In this document: positions 39,123 to 46,700 of the stretch, one piece after another | Position numbering within the stretch: the stretch's first letter is position 1 | How the letters are laid out: the number at the start of each line of letters is the position of its first letter | Virus record (IMG/VR): IMGVR_UViG_3300020050_006655 | DNA length: 48,861 bases | DNA from: a virus | Taxonomy: Duplodnaviria > Heunggongvirae > Uroviricota > Caudoviricetes | Strand: one strand, 5' to 3' | The notes under the pieces: model-generated | Told to the model about the DNA's origin: nothing | Databases searched by the model: none | Seen by the model: only the letters and a program-made list of their open reading frames with translations | Position numbers and translations under genes: made by a program

Positions 39123-40869
39123 TTGTAAATATGTTTGGATTAAGTGCTATAAATTGAAGTGGATTCTTTTTATCAGCCTTTTGTTGTTCTTTATTGAACG
39201 TGTGTTCAAGTTCTTTAAGAGCAAGAGGATAACCTAAAAATGCAGACACAGCATCAAAGTTACCATCAAAGGTAAACTGTATCAACTGATCTAACAAGAA
39301 ATTATCATCTATTGTTTCAAGAAATCTTTGTTGATTCCCGTTGAATAAAAACTGTTTTAACAAAAACTCTGCACCATCGGTACACATTTGAGCCTTGTCT
39401 ATTTTATTGGATACCATATATCCATATTCAGTAACAACTCTTTCTTTTGTAGAAGAACCTTTTTCTCTTGTTGGTCTGATAGCAAGTAGATGTGTCTTTT
39501 GTTTACGGATCATAAAACCCCTAACCCTATCACCTCTATTTGCTTCATACCATAACATCCTTATACAATTACCATAAAGTTGAATACCCTTTTCTACTAT
39601 TTCATAAAAAGCATCCAAACCATTTGGATTCTTTCCATAATAAGTAGCCATAAGCAATCCTTTGTGTCCGGTATCTTTAAGATACTTAGGGTTTAACCAA
39701 ACTTGAAAAGCACCAATAGAACCACCTTCATCTATATTTTCTGACACATAAGGGTCAAGTGTATAGATATACTGGTCTGGTTTTATCTCACCATCAATCT
39801 CAATCGGATCTTCATATATCAAGAACGTACCATCAGGCTTAACCATAGACTTATCAAAAGGATAAGAATAATACGGCTCTGATTGTGGGTTAAGCATGAT
39901 TTTTATGCCTCTTTTAGATTGGGTATCCCACAATAATTCAACAGCACGACAATTGGTTTTATAAGACTTGGAAAGAATTACTTTTTGTTGTCTTTCAATC
40001 AATTCACCAACAGGGAAATATGAACCTTTAGTTGTTGTCCACATATCAGACGGGACAAGAGGAAAGTTCATTTTCTCGTTTCTAAGAATCTCTGGATCAT
40101 CTTTAGATGCTGCATCCTTACGTCTTTGTTCAAAGAACTTTAAAGCAGATTCAATATCAGTATTACCATTCCCATCTTTAAACCTACCATTGGTAAGATA
40201 AGCAGGAAGAAACAGTCCAATCTTACCTTCTGACGGTTCCCATATATTATCAAATGACAAAAAGTTATAAGTCTCTGGATCGTTAAATACAAGTCTTGTT
40301 TGTTGTACCAATTCAATATTACCAGATGTACCATCAGCAAGTTGAACACCAAATCTTTCTTGGTCTTTGCTCACCGTTGCTTCATTGGAAAGAAGAGCAT
40401 CCCTAAAGTTGGGCATAAGACCAATCTCTGTATAAATATTCAAAGCGTTCCTTGAACCAGCAGCAGCTTGGGCACCTGCTTGTTTTTTATCAGAATAGTT
40501 AACATGTATCAGTTTTGTACCTGAACCTTCTGTTTGCCAACCCGATGGTGTTTCAACACGATATTCGTATCTAAGAGGATTATCAGCATTATTTGCTTTT
40601 GCCGAACCAATCCAATCTATATAAAAAGGGCCGGGAACATAATCATCTTTACCGGGTGAACTATAAGCACCAAAATCAAGATCTGTTCCTTGTTTGGCAA
40701 AATTAGTTGTGATCTTGTCAATCAATTCAGCAGACTTACTTGTATCACCAGCACCAATAGAAATATTAACCTTTGGTTTTTGTTCAAGTACCTTCTTGGT
40801 ATATTCTTTCATACCGTCAAAGGTCATAGTCTGATCTACTATACCAGCAATAGAATAAGATTTGCCACC
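39094..40869 (-). CDS. terL: Terminase large subunit, exon 2 (591 aa)
   Basis: Starts GGT GGC AAA TCT (GGKS), completing Walker A GSRG|GGKS; later EIGLMP (Walker B region), GLFLPAY, YTLDPY, WYEANRG, GNFDAVSA nuclease motifs. Confidence 0.9.
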   Translation of the reverse strand, partial: GGKSYSIAGIVDQTMTFDGMKEYTKKVLEQKPKVNISIGAGDTSKSAELIDKITTNFAKQGTDLDFGAYSSPGKDDYVPGPFYIDWIGSAKANNADNPLRYEYRVETPSGWQTEGSGTKLIHVNYSDKKQAGAQAAAGSRNALNIYTEIGLMPNFRDALLSNEATVSKDQERFGVQLADGTSGNIELVQQTRLVFNDPETYNFLSFDNIWEPSEGKIGLFLPAYLTNGRFKDGNGNTDIESALKFFEQRRKDAASKDDPEILRNEKMNFPLVPSDMWTTTKGSYFPVGELIERQQKVILSKSYKTNCRAVELLWDTQSKRGIKIMLNPQSEPYYSYPFDKSMVKPDGTFLIYEDPIEIDGEIKPDQYIYTLDPYVSENIDEGGSIGAFQVWLNPKYLKDTGHKGLLMATYYGKNPNGLDAFYEIVEKGIQLYGNCIRMLWYEANRGDRVRGFMIRKQKTHLLAIRPTREKGSSTKERVVTEYGYMVSNKIDKAQMCTDGAEFLLKQFLFNGNQQRFLETIDDNFLLDQLIQFTFDGNFDAVSAFLGYPLALKELEHTFNKEQQKADKKNPLQFIALNPNIFTNVKQTHRRS

Positions 40870-41583
40870 CTAACGGACTATATCTTCACCCACAGCATTA
40901 TCTGTTTGGGGATGTGTTTTGTCGATAATTTGTTGTCCTACTTTAATATCAATTTTATATAGCATTGTTGGAACAATATAAGGTTTGATTATTTCTACAA
41001 ACTTTCTAAACTCTGTTGTATTACAACGAAGTCTATAAAAACCTTTCTCCTGTTCCAATTTCCATTCAACATTCCATTTCTCTTTGAAGTAATCAATAAT
41101 GATTTGATTTTCTTCCTTGGAAAGATATGTGTTCAATCTTGCAGTACACTTACTATAAGTTGAATATTTTCTTCCCTGATACTTTGCGTTGTAAAGACTT
41201 CCGTCATCCATATACCAGACAGCAAGACCTTCCGGGGTAAGCCTGTTTAAAACTTTCTTAGAAAAAGTCTTTTTATTGTTCTGATAAATAAATCTATGAA
41301 GAACTTTAAAATAAGGATGATTACGTTCAAACCTTACAGCAAGTATTTTACTTCTACCGTGATTGTCTTCAAAAGAAGCGGTAGATTGTTTTTGGAATGT
41401 TTTGGCTTGTGAGCCAAATAATATAGACTTTAACCTTTCTACTTTCCAGCAGAAATAATCTATTTGTTTACCTGAATGTTTTAAGAGAAATCTACATTGA
41501 ACAGTATTATGAATAATACGCTTATTGATACAACCGTCTCCTAAAACACATGCTATTATAAAATTTTTATCTTGTTTGGTCAT
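40870..41583 (-). CDS. Intron-encoded LAGLIDADG homing endonuclease (two-motif type), 237 aa
   Basis: Motif 1 FIIACVLGDGCI; motif 2 EGLAVWYMDDGS; C-terminal IIKPYIVPTMLYKI. Confidence 0.9.
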   Translation of the reverse strand: MTKQDKNFIIACVLGDGCINKRIIHNTVQCRFLLKHSGKQIDYFCWKVERLKSILFGSQAKTFQKQSTASFEDNHGRSKILAVRFERNHPYFKVLHRFIYQNNKKTFSKKVLNRLTPEGLAVWYMDDGSLYNAKYQGRKYSTYSKCTARLNTYLSKEENQIIIDYFKEKWNVEWKLEQEKGFYRLRCNTTEFRKFVEIIKPYIVPTMLYKIDIKVGQQIIDKTHPQTDNAVGEDIVR

Positions 41584-41795
41584 GTTTAACTTTGTTAAAC
41601 TTTAAATTAAAATTATCGTAGTCTCTGAACCTTTTCCATTTTAAAGGAACTTGGCTGCTGATTACTTGTAAGATACTTATTTTCAAACCGTCACGTTTAT
41701 CGTTTCCAATTCCGTTGTGGTTAAGTACCAAAAGCCTTCCAGCAATTTACACATAAAATTGGTAACTATTACTAATTACCGGGGCAGTGGTCTTT
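40870..41795 (-). mobile_element. Group I self-splicing intron (926 nt) in terL
   Basis: 5' exon ends GGGGU and pairs with the intron guide GCCCC (U.G at the splice site); P2 GGUAAUUA-GUAA-UAGUUACC; conserved P AAUUGCUGGAA, Q AAUCAGCAG, R GUUCAGAGACUA, S AAGAUAUAGUCC; P3 AUGUGU/ACACAU; ends in G at 40870. Confidence 0.92.
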
Positions 41796-42362
41796 ACCCC
41801 TTGAACCAAAAATCATAAGATTGGAAGATTCATTATGATATAAACACTTACCGAAAGATTGTTTGTGAAGCATATTTAAATACTTCCTTGGTTCTATATA
41901 AGTCTTTAGTTTACCATCAACATTATATAGATCAAGTAGTCTTTGCTGATCTGATTCTTTTCTACTACCTTGAAGGAGTTCAAAAATATTCTTGTCTAAG
42001 AGAGCCTTATCACACGAATATGTGTTATCATGCTTAAAACCAGAGAAACCCAAACATATAAGATACGAATAGTGGATTAACCAGTCAATATCACGGACGG
42101 TAGGTTTAACAAATATACGCTGCTTACCATCCTGATCTTCAAGTTTAAAAAAGTTACCATACTTAAAAAGAGTTGCTGGCATAAATCTCCAACCATGTAC
42201 ATCATAACACCATATACCTTCTATAGAATGTTTCCTATAATTATTCCATTGCTTCTGATATTTAGGATTATCTGGATGATATTTTTCAGGCTTAACAAGA
42301 AAGTTGTTTATGTTATAAATATATGGAAGATCCTGTTTTAGTACTTCAATATTTGTTATCAT
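41796..42362 (-). CDS. terL: Terminase large subunit, exon 1 (189 aa; spliced product ~780 aa)
   Basis: ATG at 42362 overlaps the TGA of an upstream small ORF (ATGA); exon ends ...NLMIFGSRG at the P1 splice site. Confidence 0.85.
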
Positions 42363-42523
42363 GTTATTACTTGTTCCCACAAAGGATTAGAATCCTTCTT
42401 GGTCTTTTTAATTCTAAACGGTCTTTTTAAGAACGTCTTTTTCTTTTTTGGTTCTATGAATTCCTTAATAGGAAGTTCCATTACCGGATAAATAGGTTTA
42501 AATTCTTTAGGTTGTTTACTCAT
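42359..42523 (-). CDS. Small Lys-rich hypothetical protein (54 aa; not in the ORF track)
   Basis: MSKQPKEFKPIYPVMELPIKEFIEPKKKKTFLKRPFRIKKTKKDSNPLWEQVIT; fills the gap and overlaps both neighbours. Confidence 0.55.
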   Translation of the reverse strand: MSKQPKEFKPIYPVMELPIKEFIEPKKKKTFLKRPFRIKKTKKDSNPLWEQVIT

Positions 42524-42875
42524 TAGGTATTTGAATTAAAACATCTCTAATAGGTTCATTTGGGTCTTGAGTACACCATATAAAATCTGTATCTTCATTT
42601 AAAGATAAAGGTTCAGATAACCATTCAAGTACTCTTGCACCTGTAATAACAACAGTATGTCTTTCAATATCATACAGTTGTTGTCTAAGATTAGAAAAAC
42701 CTTGTCTGACTTTTCGATTGATACCTCTTAGTTTTTTACTTTTCTTGTTGTTCATTACCAAGTTGCTTTTTAATATTTTCCCATCGTTCATTATTAGCCT
42801 TTTGTCTTTGTTTATTGGCTTCCATATAAGATACTTCTTCAAGACTAATTCCAGTATATTTTGGTGGACTACCAA
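42516..42875 (-). CDS. Hypothetical protein (true start probably at 42791 or 42755)
   Basis: ORF in operon orientation; no recognisable motif. Confidence 0.45.
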   Translation of the reverse strand: MVVHQNILELVLKKYLIWKPINKDKRLIMNDGKILKSNLVMNNKKSKKLRGINRKVRQGFSNLRQQLYDIERHTVVITGARVLEWLSEPLSLNEDTDFIWCTQDPNEPIRDVLIQIPNE

Positions 42876-43164
42876 ACATCATTCTTTCTTCCATGTCCTT
42901 CCACGCTTTTTCAGCAAGTAAGTGAGAACATCTTGTTATTATTTCTCTACTATTTGCTGTAAGGGTATTAAGTATAGACGGTTCTAATTTAGAGCCTTCT
43001 AAGTTTTTAAGATAATTATCTAGCCAGTGTATAAAACTTTTTTGATGATCTGTTGCAACAGGAATACTTATACTAATACCATCATCGGTTATGTGAAGAT
43101 TAGCACCTCTTTGTAAAAGGTCTATTGCTTCTAAAGTTGTTAGATCTGCTGATTTCTTAATCAT
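42736..43164 (-). CDS. Hypothetical protein (142 aa)
   Basis: ORF tightly packed in the operon. Confidence 0.55.
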   Translation of the reverse strand: MIKKSADLTTLEAIDLLQRGANLHITDDGISISIPVATDHQKSFIHWLDNYLKNLEGSKLEPSILNTLTANSREIITRCSHLLAEKAWKDMEERMMFGSPPKYTGISLEEVSYMEANKQRQKANNERWENIKKQLGNEQQEK

Positions 43165-43309
43165 ACAATTCAGGAAATTGATAATCTGGATGTTTACTTA
43201 TAAGATAAGCAAGTGCTTGATTATAAGAAAAGTCTTTAACTGTAAACCATTTGTCTTTAGATGTTTCTCTGTGAGTACCTTTAATCTTAAATTCAGTCTT
43301 TCTTTTCAT
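43157..43309 (-). CDS. Small hypothetical protein (50 aa; not in the ORF track)
   Basis: MKRKTEFKIKGTHRETSKDKWFTVKDFSYNQALAYLISKHPDYQFPELYD; overlaps both neighbours. Confidence 0.5.
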   Translation of the reverse strand: MKRKTEFKIKGTHRETSKDKWFTVKDFSYNQALAYLISKHPDYQFPELYD

Positions 43310-43769
43310 TGTTATTTAGATTTAAAACTGTTTCCCATATAAATGGATTATCACCTTGACCTAGAAAAATAAGTTTAGACTCCATCCTATAACATCTTTC
43401 ACAAATCCTTGATTCTTGTAGCATATCACCACTAGCATTATCAATCTGAAACTTTTTAGTATTATAATCACCAATAAGGGCTTCCGGTGAAATCCATTTA
43501 TGTTCACATAAACCATTATTACCAGAAGTCAACATGTTCCAACCAGTTTCTACTTTCCAGCCAGTATTTTTATCTTTAAGGTTGTTGATACTTTCTATAA
43601 GGTTTATACAAGGAACTACTTCTTTAGGTTTAGTAAGCCCAGCGCCAATAGTATCTCGGGTTAATTTGCTACCAAAGTTGTCAACAATAATTCCGTCTGG
43701 ATGTGTTATTGTAACGGTTTGGGAAGAAAGGAGAAAGGGGAAAAGAAGAAAGAGAATAATATATTTCAT
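43293..43769 (-). CDS. Putative exported protein with signal peptide (158 aa)
   Basis: MKYIILFLLFPFLLSS|QTVT; Cys/His pattern CEHKW...CERC. Confidence 0.6.
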   Translation of the reverse strand: MKYIILFLLFPFLLSSQTVTITHPDGIIVDNFGSKLTRDTIGAGLTKPKEVVPCINLIESINNLKDKNTGWKVETGWNMLTSGNNGLCEHKWISPEALIGDYNTKKFQIDNASGDMLQESRICERCYRMESKLIFLGQGDNPFIWETVLNLNNNEKKD

Positions 43770-44233
43770 TTTGTTGGTTGATTTTTAATTTGATAAACAC
43801 CCTCATCGGTGAAAGTATATAAATAATTACTATTGTCTAATAATGCCTTTATAAGATATATTAAACCTATTTTAGAGTTAACATAAAATATGTTTCCATC
43901 TATTTTACCAGACCAGCCCCATTTGCAAGGCCAAGTATAAACAACATAACATTGATCGTTTTTATCTGACGGTTCTTCATAGCAAACATAAAAATCTTGG
44001 TTATTGATTGTAACCTTTTGTATTTCTCGTCTTGCATATTTATCCTCGGCTAAATCAACATCTGACTGGTCAATCAAACATATATAGTTAGGATCTACTT
44101 TTAAACCAGAACCATAGCAAGTAGTACATATTTTTTTTCCTGATGTAGATGTTAGTTCTGATTCTATACCAGATCCTTTACAAGTTAAACAAGTGTGAAA
44201 TACAGCAATATCATTCCTCTGGCTCAAAGACAT
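43766..44233 (-). CDS. Protein with a DnaJ-type CxxCxGxG zinc finger
   Basis: CLTCKGSG...CTTCYGSG; probable start MSLSQ at 44233. Confidence 0.6.
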   Translation of the reverse strand: MSLSQRNDIAVFHTCLTCKGSGIESELTSTSGKKICTTCYGSGLKVDPNYICLIDQSDVDLAEDKYARREIQKVTINNQDFYVCYEEPSDKNDQCYVVYTWPCKWGWSGKIDGNIFYVNSKIGLIYLIKALLDNSNYLYTFTDEGVYQIKNQPTK

Positions 44234-44753
44234 TTCTTTCTCTAAGAGTTCTTTGTCTTCCACCGTGGATACGTTGGGTTGATTTTGACTTTTCAAATTC
44301 TTTATCAGTCTTTGCAAAATCAGCGTATATCTTAGGAATATTTGCTTTAAGTTTAATAAGTAATTCAGCATTATCAAGTGTAATTTCTTGTTGGTTTAAG
44401 AACCTTGTCAGTTTAAACAACTGATCTTTACTTTCTTTGTATGAAGCCTCAATAAGCGTAAGACATAATCTTGGAAACTGGTTCATACATTCTTTTACTA
44501 TCTCATCGTCTGGATCAAATGATTGACTAAACGATTTACAGTGATCCATTAATTCATCAGGTGGAAGCCTGTAAAACCTATTCTTTTCTTCATCAGGATG
44601 ACATAACCAAACAACACACCAAAGAACTCTTGATGAATCTATCTTATTGTTTGATGTATCATTATTGTATAAATAAGAAAAAGGTTTGAGAATTTGTAGG
44701 TGCGGGTTATGCTCCCACAAATTCTCATTATGACTAGAGGGTACATTGAACAT
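44211..44753 (-). CDS. Hypothetical helical protein upstream of terL
   Basis: 180 aa; C-terminal RIHGGRQRTLRE; function not assignable. Confidence 0.55.
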   Translation of the reverse strand: MFNVPSSHNENLWEHNPHLQILKPFSYLYNNDTSNNKIDSSRVLWCVVWLCHPDEEKNRFYRLPPDELMDHCKSFSQSFDPDDEIVKECMNQFPRLCLTLIEASYKESKDQLFKLTRFLNQQEITLDNAELLIKLKANIPKIYADFAKTDKEFEKSKSTQRIHGGRQRTLRERNVFEPEE

Positions 44754-45027
44754 CTGCTTTGAGTGTTAAGTCTGTTATAGAACCATCTGAGTATTCAATG
44801 GTTAAGTAAGTTGAAAGTTGTCTTGACCAATGTTTAACCGCTATTTTCCAAGTAACAAAAAGAGTATTCGTTATTATATCCAATATAAAACTAGTACAAT
44901 TACATTTAGGTTCTATTGATCTAATTTCTTTAGATCCGTCGTAGAAAAAAGCAACATGTAAAATACTACCTTCTGTCTGTTTACCAAAGTCATGTTCTGT
45001 TTTATTCCACATCAGGTAGGATAGCAA
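44734..45027 (-). CDS. DUF1573-like small Ig-fold protein
   Basis: IRSIEPKCNCTS resembles the DUF1573 IxxVxxSCGCT motif; all-beta pattern. Confidence 0.55.
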   Translation of the reverse strand: MLSYLMWNKTEHDFGKQTEGSILHVAFFYDGSKEIRSIEPKCNCTSFILDIITNTLFVTWKIAVKHWSRQLSTYLTIEYSDGSITDLTLKADVQCTL

Positions 45028-45598
45028 CTAAGTCTTGATAATTAACTAAGATATAACCAAAATCACGATCACCAAATTTAGTACCAACCATAGGAACACC
45101 ATTAGGATAATTAAAAGCAGTAGGCATAACTTGGAAGTAACCATTCTTAACATCACCAACAACTTGTGGTCTAACAGCAGATTCTTTAATAATCACAGTT
45201 TGTCCGGGAAGTAATTGAGAGAAAGACGGTGGTCTTGCCACAACAACAGCCTTGAAATCATAATTGTAATCATTCTCAACCATTGTTGCTTTTGGCCCCA
45301 TAGCAGTAGGAATAGTAACCATCACAGGAAACGGCTGAATAACACCTTCGGGAGAAATATACGGTTTATTGAGATAACATCTAACAAGTACCTGATTGAT
45401 GGGGATAAGATTAGCAAACTTAGGATCAAGTGCTTTAAGAGTATTATTATACTCATCTACTTGTTGTACATAAGTTTCATCAAATTGTGTGGCTGTCAGT
45501 TCTGCTTGTGCAGAATTCTTTTGTCTTGTGAGAGGATCTTTGCTGTTTTTAATATCGCTAATCATGCGATTTTTGGAAACTTTCGGTTTCTGAATCAT
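45002..45598 (-). CDS. Divergent GroES-like co-chaperonin with N-terminal extension and loop insertions
   Basis: Collinear with GroES: PINQVLVR / SPEGVIQP / KAVVVA / LLPGQTVII / YILVNYQDLVAIL. Confidence 0.5.
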   Translation of the reverse strand: MIQKPKVSKNRMISDIKNSKDPLTRQKNSAQAELTATQFDETYVQQVDEYNNTLKALDPKFANLIPINQVLVRCYLNKPYISPEGVIQPFPVMVTIPTAMGPKATMVENDYNYDFKAVVVARPPSFSQLLPGQTVIIKESAVRPQVVGDVKNGYFQVMPTAFNYPNGVPMVGTKFGDRDFGYILVNYQDLVAILPDVE

Positions 45599-45843
45599 TT
45601 CTTTTTACGTTTAAATTGTTGATAATAATCCTGAATAAGTTCAGTGTTTTGTTTGTTGTTTTCTACACTTCTTTTGGTCATCTTAAATGAACCTATAAGT
45701 GGAATTTTTATAACAGTTTTAGATACTAACGGATTAGTTAAATAGTATCTTATTCCATCAACAAAAGACTTGTAGACAAGTTCAACAAGTTCTCTTGGAA
45801 TTTTATGCTTTCTTGCAACCCGATCAAAAATATCACTCAACAT
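45595..45843 (-). CDS. HU/IHF-like DNA-binding protein
   Basis: IFDRVARKHKIPRELVELVYKSFVDGI...IKIPLIGSFKM, typical HU helix-helix-beta arrangement. Confidence 0.75.
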   Translation of the reverse strand: MLSDIFDRVARKHKIPRELVELVYKSFVDGIRYYLTNPLVSKTVIKIPLIGSFKMTKRSVENNKQNTELIQDYYQQFKRKKK

Positions 45844-46012
45844 AAAGATGTGATCTTAGTTTGATTTGTATTTTAAGATTAAATATCTGTGACGTATCTT
45901 CAATACCTTCTTTAAGAAGTATTCTATAATCTTGCATATTCATCACAACAATCGTCGGTGTAATCATCTGAACCAGTAAATCCCATACCAGTAAATTTAT
46001 TCTGTCTTTCAT
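45833..46012 (-). CDS. Possible small first gene of the operon (59 aa)
   Basis: MKDRINLLVWDLL...HLYVE; overlaps the HU gene start; no motif. Confidence 0.3.
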   Translation of the reverse strand: MKDRINLLVWDLLVQMITPTIVVMNMQDYRILLKEGIEDTSQIFNLKIQIKLRSHLYVE

Positions 46013-46347
46013 GTTTATTAATTTATGACAAAGGACGTGTGTGTGTAATTATTTTTTGGAAATAGCTTTTGTCTAATTGTATTTAATTGGGTGTATATAT
46101 GGGTAGTTTTTTTTAAAAATCGAAAAGATGAACTTGTGTATGCCAGTGGTTTTTTTTAAAAAGGAAAACATAGACTTGTAGAAGTTTCCCATTAACCACC
46201 CCCCTACTTCGATTTAGCGCGGGAATACCCCCGTGTCTAAATACAGTTGAAAAACTGGTGTTGCAGGGATACAGAACCTGTAAGTTTAGATCGTTATAAA
46301 TGTAAACGATCCGTTTTTCCAAGTTTCCCGTTATTTAGAAACTTGGT

Positions 46348-46355
46348 TATCTTTG
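46348..46355 (+). promoter_or_regulatory. Bacteroidota housekeeping-sigma -7 promoter element (TAnnTTTG)
   Basis: TATCTTTG, 37 nt upstream of the ATG at 46393; no clear -33 TTTG. Confidence 0.55.
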
Positions 46356-46392
46356 TCATCAAACAGCCTTAGGGCTACAACTTATTATTACA

Positions 46393-46632
46393 ATGAATAC
46401 TTGCGAAAAAATCTATGCTGCTGATTATACCAGCAAAACCACAGGTGAAACCACTCGTCGTGCTGTTGCCAAGTTCACAGATGGTCAGGAATTCATCTTT
46501 GCCAAACCTCTGGATGAGGTAAAGCAGATGATTGCTGATGGCCGTACTAAAGCCGAAGTGGTAGTGGTAGAAGGCCAATATGGTCGCTATGCTGCTTTCA
46601 GTGCATTCACCAATACCGAAGAACTGGCTTAA
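46393..46632 (+). CDS. Small hypothetical protein, probably highly expressed (79 aa)
   Basis: Codon usage like the MCP (CGT, GGT, GCT); preceded by a promoter element and followed by a long hairpin. Confidence 0.7.
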   Translation: MNTCEKIYAADYTSKTTGETTRRAVAKFTDGQEFIFAKPLDEVKQMIADGRTKAEVVVVEGQYGRYAAFSAFTNTEELA

Positions 46633-46640
46633 TAGCCATT

Positions 46641-46691
46641 GTCAATCCATAGCCTTACTTTCATTCATTGATTGTAAGGTTATGGATTGAC
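46641..46691 (+). other. 18-bp hairpin between the small ORF and the tRNA
   Basis: GTCAATCCATAGCCTTAC / GTAAGGTTATGGATTGAC, one G.U pair, 15-nt loop. Confidence 0.7.
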
Positions 46692-46700
46692 TTATTAAAT

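Noticed and set aside
40870-41795. LAGLIDADG insertion interpreted as an intein
   Set aside because: In-frame stops flank it, there are no Cys/Ser...His-Asn splice motifs, and the group I P, Q, R, S elements with P1/P10 pairings are present.
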